64,000 nucleotides of DNA from Syncephalis fuscata S228. Its lineage: Eukaryota > Fungi > Zoopagomycota. The notes under the pieces are model-generated. The model saw nothing but the letters and a program-made list of their open reading frames with translations. It did not search any database and had not been told where the DNA came from. The position numbers and the translations under genes are program-made. Below, piece by piece: positions 21,965-36,625 of the stretch. The stretch covers positions 108,966-172,965 of the forward strand of contig JAHLTZ010000043.1 of assembly GCA_025786725.1 (NCBI GenBank), read 5' to 3'. Within the stretch, counting starts at the first letter, position 1; each line of letters starts with the position of its first letter.

Positions 21965-24900
21965 ATGAGTGGAAATATCAAGGTGGTCGTACGTGTACGG
22001 CCGCTTAACGGGCGCGGTAAGTACAGTGTTGCTCATTGACGAACAAATGAGGCGTATGAGTTTTGGAACGGGTCTGCTAGAGATAGATGATACTGGAACC
22101 GTCGTTACGCTGCTAGTCAACCATGGCTTGGATATGGTAGTGGCGCAATACTGGCAACACCAGTAACCGTGGTGTCTATGTAGCCTGATAGCTATGGAGC
22201 AAGATTGGTGCTTCTATAGCCATAGTAATAGCAGCGGTAGTAACGACGGCAATGATAGACTGATGTAAACAACTGAATAAATGAGCACCTTCTAACTAAC
22301 GTAATACCTATATGCGTGTCTGTATGTACGGGTATATGCATATTATGCAGAGGTTGCGCGTGGAGCCACCTGTTTAATTCGGATGGAGGGCAACCAAACT
22401 ATTATTACTAGACCACCAAATCCTAATGATCCAACGGCCAAACCGGACGTCAAATCGTTTGCTTACGATCATTCTTACTGGTCGTTTGACCCAAAGGCAC
22501 CCAACTATGCCAGTCAAGCGATTGTGTATAGTGATTTGGGCAAGGAACTGCTTGATCACGCTTTTGAAGGTTATAATACATGTATTTTTGCTTGTAAGTA
22601 TATCAAAAAGTGCAGTGTTATAAATGCCATTTATTAATAACGATAATATCAATATTAACTATTAGATGGTCAAACGGGTGCCGGTAAATCATATTCTATG
22701 GTATTTATTGCACTGTTATGTAATAGTGACTGATTAACTAACGTATTTATATCGAATCAATGGATCCAATTATAGGTTGGCTATGGTGAAGATAAGGGAA
22801 TTATCCCACTGACGTGCGAAGAACTATTCCAACGAGTTGACAGATTATCAACAGATGATTTGCAAATCAACGTTGAGGTATCTTATATGGAAATCTATTG
22901 TGAACGTGTGCGAGATTTGCTTAATCCAAAGAACAAAAATAATCTACGTGTTCGTGAACATCCATCACTTGGTCCATATGTTGAAGATTTATCAAAACTA
23001 GTCGTTAATTCATACGATGAAATTGTATCATTGATGGATGAAGGTAATAAGGTAGGCTTGTATTTAATATTGATTTATTATAGCCTGTATTAATATAAAT
23101 ATGTAAATATATAAATACTGGCTATTTATTAGACACGTACAGTGGCTGCTACAAACATGAACGAAACATCTAGTCGTTCTCATGGTGTATTTACACTTAT
23201 TGTTACGCAAAAGAGACACGATAAAGAAACTAATATGGAAACTGAAAAAGTGTCACGTATTAGGTGAGTTATTCTAAGTTAAATAGCGTCAACTGCTAAC
23301 CAGGTGTCTGTCTATTGTCCAGTCTTGTCGATTTGGCCGGTAGTGAACGCGCCAACTCAACAGGTGCCACTGGCGTGCGGCTCAAAGAAGGTGCCAACAT
23401 TAATAAGTCGCTTACTACACTGGGAAAGGTTATTTCTGCACTGGCCGAAGAAGGCAAGGCAGGCAGCAAAAAGGGCAAAAAGGACAACTTTGTCCCTTAT
23501 CGCGACTCAGTATTGACTTGGCTGTTAAAAGACTCACTTGGTGGTAATTCACGTACAGCAATGATTGCCGCTATTTCCCCGGCTGATTACGATGAAACAT
23601 TAAGTACACTTCGTTATGCATATGCCGCCAAAAAGATTCAAAACAAGGCGGTGGTCAACGAAGATCCAAATGCCAAGGTTATCCGCGAACTCAAGGAGGA
23701 GCTGCTAATGCTACGCACCAAATTGGCCGTCTACGATCCAGAAGAAGCGATGAAACATGGCACACCCGCCTCAAATATTCGCGAGCAATTAAACCAATCC
23801 GAAAAGATTATGTCCGAGCTTAATCAAACTTGGGAGCAAAAGGCCATGGAAACACAGCGAATTCAAGAGGAACGCGAGAAGATGCTAGAGGACCTCGGCA
23901 TTATGATGGAGAAGAACAATGTTGGTTTATATTCCCCCAAGAAGATGCCTCATTTGGTCAATCTCAACGAAGATCCACTAATGTCTGAATGTCTTGTTTA
24001 TCAACTTCGACCGGGTATTACACGAGTTGGCAAGATGGAGGATGAAACTGATGCTGAAATTAAGTTAAGCGGTAGTAAAATTGTACCAAACCATTGCCAT
24101 TTTGAGAATGAAATTGGCAAGGTTACATTACATCCTGGCGATGGTGGCACAGTACTGGTTAATGGCCAGCAAATCGATACAGCAAAGCGTTTACGCAGTG
24201 GATTCCGAATTGTTCTAGGTGGCCATCATATATTCCGATTTAACAATCCAGAAGAAGCACGTCGTAGTCTGTCGAAAAAGGATCTTATACGTACAATGCA
24301 TCATGAAGAGAATGTTGATGTCGATGGCACAACTGTAGTAACTAACGGATACGATATGGGCCGACCTGATTCACCCACCTCTGAAGTAGCATCTATGACA
24401 TCTGAGGTAGCTGATTGGAATTATGCTCGTAGAGAAGCACGCTTAGGTTCAGTGGCTGGATCGGATGTGTTAAATGATCTGGATATTCGTAGTGATATGG
24501 GCAAAAGCGAGTTTGAAGGCCAATTACGATATGCCAAGGATGAAATGGATAGTCGATTGGAAGAGCAACGTGCCGAATATGAAGCTAAAATACGCGACCT
24601 TACGATTAGTCGAGTGAACGAAGATGAGCTGCAAGCACAAAGAGAACGTATGGAAGATGAATTGAAAACAGCCCGTGAAGAAATGCAAGAGCGATTGAAT
24701 CAACAACGCCGTGCTTATGAAGATCGCATGCGTCGAATTGCCGCTGGCGACAAGAAGCTAGCAACGACACCTATGCGTGTATATAGCGATCGTGAACGGT
24801 ACTTAATCGGCAAAGTTATTATGCGACTTCGCCAACGTCGTTCAATTAATATGGCCGAAACAGTACTTACTAATGCTGTACTGCTTAAAGAAGCCAATGT

Positions 24901-27435
24901 GATTAGTAAAGAATTACAAAAGTCGGCATCTTACCAGTTCTGTGTCGTTGAAGATTGGCCATATGCTCGACCACGGTCGTTTTGGGAAAGTTCCAATAGT
25001 GACGTATTTGGTCAAACGGCTGATGAAGACGACGAGTCGCTAGCCGAGGCATATAAACCGTGTATTGGCGTAGTCGTACTTGATAAACGCCATTTTTCCG
25101 CGTATGTTTGGTCGTTGGATCGACTTCGACAACGTGTAAACGTATGCGTAATCTGTACAACTATATTGATCGACCAAGACTGGCCCAACATCTCAACTTG
25201 GAGGAGCCGTTCTATGAATTGCCTGGACCGCAATTTACATTTGTTGCAGGTGCGCGCGCTCATCTTCGTAATTTATTGGCCATGATGCCACAACGACATC
25301 AAATTCCATTACTATGTCGTCGTACAGGTCGTACACTTGGCACATTAGATGTGGCAATTATTCCGATAAAGCAAACACTACCTAACAATGGCAACAGTCA
25401 TGCTAATTCACAATCAAGTAACCCATGGTGTGAAAGCGATACAAATGGTAGTGCCATTCCTATTAAATTAGAAATGGGTGCCAAATTGGTCGTTGAAATA
25501 CAGATTGATCAATTAAATGGCATTAGTGAACGTGACTTTTCACAACTACACTGCCAATATCGATTATCGTCACTAGGCGCTATTAAACCAAATACTAATG
25601 GCGATAAGATATACACAACTGAACTAGTTAGTGGATTTGCTGATGATGAGCCAGTTTTCTTTGGCTACTCGCAAACCATCTCTATTCCTATCACACCAGC
25701 GGTAATTGAACATTTCCGTAGCGGTGCAATAATATTTGAAACATTCGGCCGTGTTAACTCATGGCTACTCAGTGCATGGAGTCGTGGCGAAGAAGCAAAT
25801 GAACAAACACGCGCTACTGCACTAAAAGCCAGCCAGAATAGTCAAGTAGAACGTCGTTCAGATGAGGAATTGCTTACAGAAGAGCGACATGATGTACTAG
25901 CGTGGATTCAACTACTTGAACCAGACCAAAATGGTGAATATGCACCAACAGTGGCCGTTGCACAAAATGCCAATGAAACAGGTGCATTTGCGCTACGACA
26001 AGGCTTACAACGCCGTTTAGCCATTACACTAACTCATTCATCAGGCAAACAATTCCAATGGACACGCATTTCTAGTGTCGTTTTAGGTCGTGTACGTGTA
26101 CAAGATAGTAAAGGACATATTACTGAGGCGCCACTCAATACGATGGATGTCAAATTGAACCTACTTCATGGTCAAGAAGTCACCTATAATCTAGATGGCA
26201 CTGTTGTACTTGAAGCAGAAGCTTCATGGGACAGCTCATTGCACAATTCGCAATTGCTTAATAGAGCAACAACGGCGAATCATCGCGTACTGCTTAGCCT
26301 AGTCTTTATGGTGGAAGCATTGCGTTGTTCTGAACCTATTCGATTTGAAACGGATATTGCTTTACAGATTGGCGACCGTCAATCACAACGTACAACCAGA
26401 ACTAGTGGCTTCCGTAGCTTCCTAGGCGGCAGCTCACCTAAAATCTACGATAAATGTAGTCAGCTATTCCAAGTAGTACTTACACCGCCCATTACTAAAA
26501 ATCTAGCTGATTTATGGCGTGCCAATACGGCATCTACCTATGTACGTGGTGAAGAGTTCCTTGATGGATGGCGTCCACGCGGTGTCAATATGGTCAATGA
26601 ATATCGACGAGTAGCTGAACAAATTTGCCGATTAGAAAGTACTGAGGATACACGACAATATTTAGTATTACGCGATTTACTTGGTGTACCGCCACCTGAA
26701 CCCACCCCAAGACTTGGCGATTCAGCCACTGAATTATGCGATAAATTTACTCGTTTATGGCAGAAATTCCCCTTTACCGACGATCAAGTAAGTAATTGAT
26801 AACAAGCAATCAATAGATGGTTTATTTATAATGATATAGGATGTATTATTCACTGAAGAGCCACCAGTGCCATCTGCTGAACAGAACAACGATAGTGGAT
26901 TAACATCAATGGCTTCAACTAATTCAGCCAATTCTTCATTACTTGAAACGAAAGAAGAGGCAAAACTTACGCCCAAGGTGACTGTAGTTGCCAGAAGGTA
27001 CCGTCTACATACCAACTACAACGATTAATTACTAATCAATATATCTACAGTGATACTATATCTAAAAAGGGCTATTTATTCTTCCCGGAAGCGGATATTG
27101 CCAATACATGGACCAAGCGATTCTTTGTTATTCGCCGGCCATACATGTATATGTACACGGCACAGGATGAGACGCAAGAGCTCGGTATTATTAATTTGAC
27201 TATGGTCCGTGTAGATCATAAATCAGATCTTGAACATATGTTACAGGTAATGACCAGAGTATTGAATTGTATATAATACTAACTAGTATGATGTATTTAT
27301 TAGAAACAAAACGTATTTGCCCTGTATACCAAGAACAATGCTTATATGTTGCAAGCATCAAATCGCAACGATATGAACGATTGGATTCGTCAAATTGATC
27401 CATGGTATCATGTTCTTTCAAAGGATCAGTCTTAA
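21965..27435 (+). CDS. Kinesin-3 motor (UNC-104/KIF1A-like) with FHA, DUF3694-like and PH domains
   Basis: [74 protein letters not shown] and a C-terminal PH domain. Probable assembly frameshift at ~25140. Confidence 0.95.
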
Positions 27436-27710
27436 TGATGTCAGTGTTTATCGATGGGATCGAGCAACGATGCATTAGTGCATATGTGTGTGTTTTTGTT
27501 TGTTTGTTTATTTGTGTGGGCTTATTTAAAGCAACAGAAATAATAATAATAATAATAATAATAAGTATTAGTAATAACATTGATAGTGTTAATAATTGTA
27601 AAGTAGTAATGTTGTAATATTAATATAAGTAGTTATAACCATAACATTAGTTTTAGTATATTGATGTTGTTTATTATTTATATATCTACGGATGCTGTAT
27701 CGTTGTTATT

Positions 27711-30606
27711 TCAAGAGTAAGCAGGATTATTTAAAACAGCATTCATACTTGCGGTAATTGTCGTCACCATGGGATCATCTGGTTGTGGCAAATAGATCTC
27801 ATTAAATATAGCGCTTACATGACGTGATAATGATGGTTGCATCATTAACTCAACAAGTCTAATTTCCCATGGTGCAAAATAGACATGATTTTCTGAATGA
27901 CGAGCCAAATTACGCAATATTAATGAGGCAGTCAAAGGTACACCGACCAGTTCTGGTTCAACAACTACCGGCGGATTAGCTGGTTTAACTGTACTAGTTG
28001 CGCCAGTCTCTTTATCATTAGTATCAGTACGCTGATGACTGCCGCTGCTGCTGCCGCCATTGGTTGTATCGACTTGTGCCGTATGAATGGCCGTATGAGC
28101 CATTAATTTACGATGAGCATTGGGTGGGGAAAAGCTTCGGGTACAAGTTAACCAATGACAAGTAACCGATGCTGATGGTGCCAATTGCTGTTCGCCTTCT
28201 TCACCGTTCTTATTACTGTTTGGCTGAGTTTGTACATGTGTCGTATGAACATGTTGTGTTAATAGATCTGCATCAGTAATTGATTCAGTACAGTCATGCC
28301 ATTGACAAAGAGAACTGACATCTATAATATTTCACTAATGATTAATAATAAACTAATATAATTCTATTAATTATATTACCTGTCATTGGTACGTCAGTAT
28401 CTTCAGTTGGTGCCTCGGTGGCTGCTTGGGCTAATTCTTCAGTTGTTGCCTTGCGAATCCTTGAACAAGCAATGTATATTAGTATTAAAGATTTAACTTT
28501 ATATATATAATGTATATTATTAAACATAAAGGATATCTTGGTGACCCTTCAACGGCAATAATACTTATGATAATATTTGGAAATGTGCTTTGAATAGATT
28601 GACAAATTCAGTTGCTGATAACAATGGGCCGATAGCCTTGAATGCCGATTGATATTCAAAATAAATCTCGGCCAATCCAATAGTGGCGGCTGCATCAGTT
28701 ATATATGCTTTACGTAACCTATTAATAATAAATATTAGTAATTTATCTATAATAAATATATAACTTGCCAGTTAGGAACTAGTTTTGTCATATCTAGCTG
28801 TGCAGCTGGCGCAGAAGATGTAGTTGGTGTAGATGTTAAAGGGGAAGAGTCGATGCTGTTGCTGTAGCATTAGAGGTGGCAGCAGTATTATTGGTAGTAA
28901 CACTAGAGGTAGCAGTAGCAGTATTGGTAGTAGCACTGGTAGCAACAGTAGCAGCATTAGTACTAGTAGCAGTGGCATGTTGACTACTAGCTGGTTGATC
29001 TGCTGTACGCTTTTGCTGTTCTCTAATTAATGCTGCTCGTTGTTCAGCTGGTGGCATCCACGTTAATAGCTGCACCAATCTTCTTACGGCACTTCCCTCC
29101 ATGGCTCGAGGTAGACGAAGGGCCAAATCTTCAAATACACTTGTATATTGATATAGATAATCTAGCATAGTGGCCACCAGTTCTTCATCCGGCACTAATA
29201 CCAATTCCCATACACGTCTTAATATCCGTTCATTGATATCAGCCAGTGCTCGTAGATTCTGCTCATTCATGGCAAGTCGAGTAAGTGCACGAATGGCCGT
29301 TAATATACCTTGTCGGTCCGCTCCAAATAGTTCTTCTTGTAAAAGTAGATAGAGTGCATCCTGCGATGAACGTAATATCATACGTGTACTGATATTCTCT
29401 ACTGTGTCAAGACAGTATTGGCGGATTTCTACATTAGATACGGTGGGTGGTAAGGCAATGCCGGCCCGTAATAACTCTTTACAACGTGAATTAAATGCCA
29501 ATACACTTTTGTTGGCACCTAAAAACGATAGGTTACGAATAATGTGTAATACCTGTAGAATACGTTCTGTTTCTTCTAAGATCTAGGCAGTCCCACTGGT
29601 ACTATAACATCCTTCTGCACAATGCCCGCTACATTATGCTGAGATGGTATTAGTTGTGGAACAAGATTTAACATAGTATCAAGCAATTCAGGAATATTTG
29701 AAATATCCAATGCTTCATGGTGCGACAGTCTAATAAGTGTATTGAAAGCCCAGTCAATCTCATTAGGTAGACGAGAACGCATAGCCAGCAACAAGCGACT
29801 CTGTGATCCTTGGCCGATAAGCTGACGAAGTGTCAAATCTATTGTCGGTAACAGTCACTGTTATTAATTGATGTGTGTATTGATTAATGTCATCGCCACT
29901 TACTGTCGGGAAGTGGTTGAGGACGAGGGACAATTGGAATAGGATCGGTATAGATTTGCGCTTGCATACGCGCTACCATAGGTGGTACTATAATGAATAC
30001 AGTATACTGTTAAGCATATTATTGCTCACTACATATGCTTAATAGATAATACCTTGAGGCGGCATAGCCATCGACTGGCCTGTCTGGCGTGGAGATAGAA
30101 CACCACGCGTTAATAGCGTTGGTGTCCGTTTCCATAGATCGACCTCTTCAAATGAACGTAAATATTTGTAATAGATTGCCTTAAACACATAGGCAGAATT
30201 CGTGCAAGTCGATGGCAATTCAAATGCTTGAGCAATCTTTCTCCAGCCGCGTTCTTGGCTGACCTGTAGACCATTAGCATGGTATTAGAAGTTGCAGCTA
30301 CTACATTTGTTTCAAGATCGCGATACAATTACCTTTTCACAGCCACCAGCTTCTATGACAAGTCTGTAGATCTTGAACATGTCTAGCTTGCGCGATCCAA
30401 GCACTGGTTCGCGCTGTAGCGATGTACTACATAGCAGTTGCAGTTTTATAATAAAGCAAGCGAGTTGACAATAAGCACGATATGTTTTTGTAGCTATAGT
30501 TTACACTAATTACTTACCCAAGTACTTGGTGATGTTTCTCCAGCTGTTGCATAAACATATGATAGGCCGGTGTCCGGTCTATCGTGTCGATGAAATCTCG
30601 CGTCAT
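27711..30606 (-). CDS. RSC9: RSC/PBAF chromatin-remodelling subunit Rsc9 (ARID2-like): ARID, ARM-like, RFX-like winged helix, C2H2 fingers
   Basis: ARID (EPVLGSRKLDMFKIYRLVIEAGG), RLLLAMRSRLPNEIDWAFNTL, CQWHDC/CHWLTC fingers, GVPLTASLILRNLAR. Several single-base frameshifts (~29578, ~28840, ~28590, ~28458). Confidence 0.88.
28474..28536 (-). other. U12-type AT-AC intron in RSC9
   Basis: On the minus strand the intron begins ATATCCTTT, contains branch-like TCTTTAAT and ends AATATAC. Removal joins ...VEGSPR/LLVQG. No plausible GT-AG alternative. Confidence 0.75.
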
Positions 30607-30876
30607 GTTGAATACAACGTTGAAATAAGAGAAAATAAACGGCGGCCAAGCTGTGCTATACTCAGGGGATACAAATAGTATTAAATTGATTATATGATTT
30701 GTTAATTAATTAGTTAATTAAATAATTAGTTGATATTTTATTAGAATTTTATAATCACTCTGTATAAATAGAATAAAGAAGTAAAAGATTGATACTATTG
30801 ATATCGAGATCATTCTGTATATGAGAATAAAGATTGGATAAAAGATTTATATCATTTATTTTATAAAAAGCTGTGT

Positions 30877-32483
30877 CTAATCATCGAATGTCATTTTTGA
30901 ACCGGCAAAGTCGTTGAAGCCGCCACGGTTTGTTGTTGAGAAGCCGCCACGGCCACCACCTCGACCACCACGGCCACCACGACCGCCACGGTCACCGCCA
31001 AAGCCACCGCGACCGCCACCACGACCGCCACCGAAGCCACCGCGACCACCACGGTCACCACCGAAGCCACCACGACCACCACGGCCGCCACCGCGACCGC
31101 CACGGTCACCACCGTCATTTGAACGGCCAGCAGCATAGTCGAGACGCAATTTACGGCCGTTCAGTTCAACATATGACTCGGCCATAGCCTTGGCTGCATC
31201 AGTTTGCGATACATATTGCACATAGCCAAAGCCTTTGAATTCACCAGTTTCACGATCAGTTGGTAGACGAACGCCCTTGACTTCACCGTAGTATCCGAAT
31301 AGTTCCCAGACGCCATCTTCTGTGGCAGAGAATGGCAAGTTACCGACAAAGAGAGTATCGCTTGCATCGGATTGTTCGCGGCGTTCGTGGGTTGTAGCGC
31401 GTGGTGTTGTTATTTCAATACGCAATTGGCGGCCATCAACTTCCTTATTGCCAAGTTGTGTAGCCTTTTGAGCAGCGCTGGCACTTTCAAAATCGACATA
31501 GCCAAAGCCTTTAGAGCGACCGTTAGGTCCTTCAGTCATGACACGGGCATTAAGAACGGTACCACATTCTTCGAATTCGGAACGTAGCCATGCATCGTCA
31601 ACATTCCAAGAAAGGTTGCCTACGTAGATTGTAGCAGATTCACCACCTTCAACCTTGGTCTTTTTGGCAAAGTCATCAGCAACGGCATCACCACCTGTAG
31701 CCTTGCGCTTGTTTGTTTTTGGCTTCTCTTCTTCTTCGTCATCGCTATCAGATGATGAATCAGATGAAGAAGTAGTGGTAGCGGCCTTGGTAGCTGGCTT
31801 TTCGTCTTCACTGTCTGAAGAGCTGGATGAGTCCGAGCTAGAATCGCTTGATTCAGCGGCCTTCTTTGTAGCAGGTGCACTCTTCTTTGGTGTGGTCTTT
31901 GGTGCTGGCTTTTCTTCTTCGCTATCTGAAGAGTCAGAAGAGCTAGACGAGTCCGAGCTGGAGCTGGAGTCGGCCTTGGCAGCAGCTGGTGCAGCCTTCT
32001 TGGGGTGGCCTTCTTTGGTGCTGGCTTTTCGTCTTCGCTATCTGAAGAGTCAGAAGAGCTAGACGAATCCGAGCTGGAGCTGGATTCGGCCTTGGCGGCA
32101 GCTGGTGCAGCCTTCTTGGGAGTGGCCTTCTTTGGTGCCGGCTTCTCATCCTCGCTTTCCGAGGAAGAAGAATCTGAAGATGAGTCCGATGAGCTTTCTG
32201 AAGACGAAGCTTGCTTCTTTGGCGTGCTCTTCTTTGGCGTAGCCTTCTTTGGTGTCTGCTTCTTAACCTCTACTTCGCTTTCGCTTGAAGAGGAGAAGAG
32301 GAAGAAGAGTCTACTTCCATTGGGACAGCTATTCAACGCAGCTCATTAGTAAGATCATACACATGTTGGCTGTGTATTGGTGCTTATTACTCAATACACA
32401 AACAACCTATCTGCACAAACACTTACGTTCTTCCTTTACAGGCTTGGCCTTGCTAGACTTCTTAAAGATTTATCTTTAGCCAT
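30877..32483 (-). CDS. NSR1: Nucleolin-like protein (Nsr1/Gar2): Ser/acidic repeats, two RRMs, RGG tail
   Basis: IYVGNLSWNVDDAWL, KGFGYVDF, TLFVGNLPF, KGFGYVQY, RGG repeats, FAGSKMTFDD end. One intron; probable assembly frameshifts near 32465 and 32005. Confidence 0.93.
31790..32170 (-). repeat. Coding tandem repeats (~117 bp) of SSSSDSSSSSDSSDSEDEKPAPKKATPKK in NSR1
   Basis: Three near-identical blocks visible at DNA and protein level. Confidence 0.8.
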
Positions 32484-35318
32484 TGCAATTAAAAAAGTCG
32501 TTAACAAGAAAAATGAAAGACAGTAGTAAATGATTAAGGCGCGGACCTGGTAGCAAAGAAAAAAAAGAAAAAGAAAAAACTGTTGGACAGCTGTCATTTG
32601 ATTGGCAGATTCAATTGCCCATACGTGTATTGGACCAGAGGACACGGAAAAATATCGTTCTTGTGTCGATACCATTCACTGTTTGCGTATTTTCGTATGC
32701 TAAAAAGTAGCTATGTAAACTAAATTATTTCGCCTAATAAATAATAATGTATTTTACTATCTTTACGCAAATATTTTAGATTATGCTACATCCAATTGGA
32801 ACTATTTAAATCTATTCCCTTTTCCACCAAATAAATTATTATAGATTTAAAGATGTGTTTTAATTGAGTCAAAAATACAAATACTAAATTATAAGTTCTA
32901 TTAAATCAGCCATTTATTAATATTCTTACTCTAATATGATTGCAACTAGAAGCATAACTCAGTGTAGATTGTACGTTTGATTTGATATTTTTTTAACTCT
33001 ACTTTTCTATTAATACTAGAGACATAGTAATAAGTTAAAATTCTACATTTTTCTTAGTTTATTAGGATATAAAATGCGTATTATGGTGTCTAATATTACT
33101 CATTGCCCAGTTTTATGTCCAATAGAACAATACATATTTCAACTATACAAGTGTTATTAAACACAGTCATTTGACCCCACTTCCTTCTAAATAACACTAA
33201 ATGGTTAACAAACTGTTTATGAAGACAAGCTGTATAATAATGTAAAATACCACATAATAAAATTACTTATAACATTAGACATTTTGTATTGATATTACAA
33301 TAAATGAATACAATCGATTGCGCCACAAAGATATAACTACAATACTTGTGAATTGAATTGTTGCCTAAATTGCTGTATTAATACTAATATATTTTAGTTA
33401 ATGTTTTCTAGCCACTGATGCAAATCAAACATAAATATAGGCATAGTAGCATAATTATATATAATTAAAAAAATCATGTATTTATTACTAATAGTTGCAT
33501 AGCTGAATAAGTGCAGCTAAATGCAAGATTGTTTGCAATATACAACATGGTTAAAAGCTGAATAAACCGTGTATTGGCTATAAATTGGTGTATAAGCGGA
33601 CTAGACGGCAGTTGTCAAATGTCTTGATTATCGTCGAATGCATACCTAAAGTGTATGGTACTAGTAGTTCAGTTATACTACCAATGCCGATGTCTTAAAA
33701 ACACTGGTTGTTTTATATTTATAAATATGTACAATGCATGCCATATAATTAGCATATAAAGTAATAAAATGTAGTATTACTTACAATCTAGCAATTCAAG
33801 TTGTAAAACACAGCAATAATATATATTTAGTGCATAGTTAGTTGATATACAATGCCACTTACTGCCTAGTGATGTAAATTATTAAATACACAAAGTGTAT
33901 GGCATATATTTAATGCGTAGTCAATCTATAGACAATCTTACTTACTAGCTATTAGAACAAATTATTAAAAGTATAATACATAAAATATAACTGACAAGTG
34001 GATAATTAATAGAAAATACAACTTACAATCTAACAATGTTAAATTAGTAATTCAGACGTTATTTAATTAGCTAAATAACTAATTGTTTTATTGTAATTTA
34101 TCTCCTATTAATGCAAATCCAGTATATCAGTATTTTTAATACAGTAGTTTATTTATTTAATGTTAAACTTACTTTTAGCTAATGGTGCTGATTTACTCAT
34201 TACACATTAACAAGCAATCATTAATTAACATATCAGTAAACACAAGCTTTTAAGACTTACCGACTGATTATATACGCATAGCAGTATATTGTAAGTGATA
34301 GAACAGCGACCCATAGCCACGACTTACCTGCCAATGACATGATTAATTAACTATAATATTGGTTGGTATATCAATTGATATATTTATTCTGACTGCAACA
34401 TACCACGACAAAGTTGGGTTGGTTCAGCATCCACCATGGCTGTACTGGCCACAAGCACATTCAACTTGTACAAAATTACAGGCGTTTACCAACATGCATA
34501 AACTAGTTGTAGTTTCTTTAGCCATAAATATATAGTAATTGGTTCACATCTACACTTAATTTGATATTACAGCTTGGTTACAAAATGAGCAGCCCATTTT
34601 AGCGCCATACTATCAACTGTTAATACAAATGTTTTTTACTAACGGCTGATTACTAATTTTGTACAATTATATTTTCTGATAATAAACATTGGGCTTAAGT
34701 ACGAACGCATTGATTGCTTGATTATGAAGTAATGTAAATGTATTGGATTTATTTATCACATAGTCTTGGTTGTATATGATCAATGCTGAATTTACAGCAG
34801 TGATGTAGGGCATATAAACTAGCAGTAATACTGGTGTACAATGAATTAGCTTGCGATGATGAAAATGTTTTATAATATACACATTAAAACTGCACTATGA
34901 AAGTTGCAAAATCAAAATTTGGTGATAGTAAATTTTATCTAAATTTTCCTGGTTTACAAATCAATGATAACATGCCACAACAGTCTCAAAGAATAAAATT
35001 ACATATTAAAGTTGTCATTTTTATAATTCAGCATTATTATAATTAGTATTAAATAGTATAATTATAATATAAATACATAATTACCTAGACTTTAATAACT
35101 TTGTTCTTGGTAAGTTTTACAATAACAAATAACTCACTCTTACCTAGGCTCCAATACGATGCAAAATTATTTTAGAGTTTTACAATGTTAAATCATTTAG
35201 TAATAAAAACGTAAATTGATGTTTCTAATTAATTATAGCTATAATCTAAACAAGGTAGACCATAAATATTTTATAACTAAATAAATTTATTTAAATGTCA
35301 ACTAATAATAATAACAAA

Positions 35319-36625
35319 CTAAACGTACTGCACTTGTACCAATAGCTTGCCACCTTTTGGCATCAATTTAACGCCACAAACTGGCGCCATATCGTCACCT
35401 GGCAACTTTGTAAATGTAAAGTGCCGAACAAGCTCGGCTAACGTTAACCGAAGCTCCATCCATGCCAGACTATTATATCTGTGTTAGCAATATACACTTT
35501 ATAGATATCTATATAAAATTTACCTACGACCTAAACAGGTGCGAGGGCCAACAATAAAGGGAATAAAGGATTGCTTTGTCTTTTTAATTGTTACGATGCT
35601 GAATTAATCCAACATTCGAGTTTAAAGCTAAGTGGTTTCGGAAATATAACCTCATTTCGCTGCAATACAATGATAGATGACAGCACCGTGGTCTAAAACA
35701 AATTAATTAACCATTATATACCAAGTCAACAGTACTTATTCCTCGGGAATAAAATATCCACCAAGTGTTGCTCCCTCCTATTCTATACAGATATTTAGTA
35801 ATAATTTTAATATATGAGTAAGAGATAACAATATAGAAAAAAATATAAAAAATAATGTATAAAATAGCAAAAATACATTGCTTCTCATGTGTACATACTA
35901 GTGTCTGACAGTATTTGTTTCTATTTTTGCAGATTTTATAATCTAACTAATGGGTATGAAACTAAGTGTAAATACATACAAAAATCATGTTTTTAAGCAT
36001 TTGCATCATATCAACTCCATCACTAGCATTAGCATGACTTTGAAGTTTTTGCGTAAGCAATGATAAGCCTGAGTCGTACGTAGTTGGTTCAATGTCAGAC
36101 AGTGCGTTAGGTGTAAACGCTGGCAACATTAAACGTTTTATAACTAGCATTAGACGATGGTAATAGCATACGATAAAATAATATACCATAATACAAAAAT
36201 CGTGCACGTCTCTTGATAAGCCGGTTATGTTAACAAGCAGTATAACTAATATGACCAACGTACCTGGTGCTAATAAAATACGTCTGTTAATTACTATATC
36301 TAGTTTTTAGCGTATTAAACAGTGCTTACCAGCGCGCACTATAGGACCATATTTACGATGCATTCCTGCAACGTCTTTACACTCTTTATCAACTGTAGCG
36401 TTATATAATTGTCTGAAGTTTCCGATAAAGGCGGGGCGTGGCCCAGGGACTTTGAAAAGTGGATGTAGAATTTTGCTGTCAACAATCTATAGCAATTGAT
36501 TTAGTCGCTAGTTGGTTGTTTACACATGGATAACGAACCTTCTAGGCTAGGTAGATTGCACCTACTATCAAGCCAATCTGCCATAGTGGCACTATTTTAA
36601 GAATCGAATAAGTTAAAGATGGCAT
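35319..36625 (-). pseudogene. Cytochrome P450 pseudogene (internally deleted paralog of the adjacent P450)
   Basis: Keeps VPGPR, YGPIVRAG and heme motif FIPFIVGPRTCLGR. Has a premature TAG at 36542-36544 and lacks the central exons (I-helix/ExxR) between ~35780 and ~35960. Confidence 0.85.

Noticed and set aside
21333-22166. Short ORFs upstream of and within kinesin intron 1
   Set aside because: Low-complexity CA-rich promoter/UTR and intron sequence with no protein-like features.
30891-32349. Antisense or alternate-frame ORFs over NSR1 (Pro-rich, His-rich, Ser/Glu-rich)
   Set aside because: Shadows of the RGG and Ser-rich coding repeats.
32700-35300. Transposon or ncRNA in the long AT-rich spacer
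   Set aside because: No terminal repeats, transposase/RT motifs or recognisable RNA structure seen.
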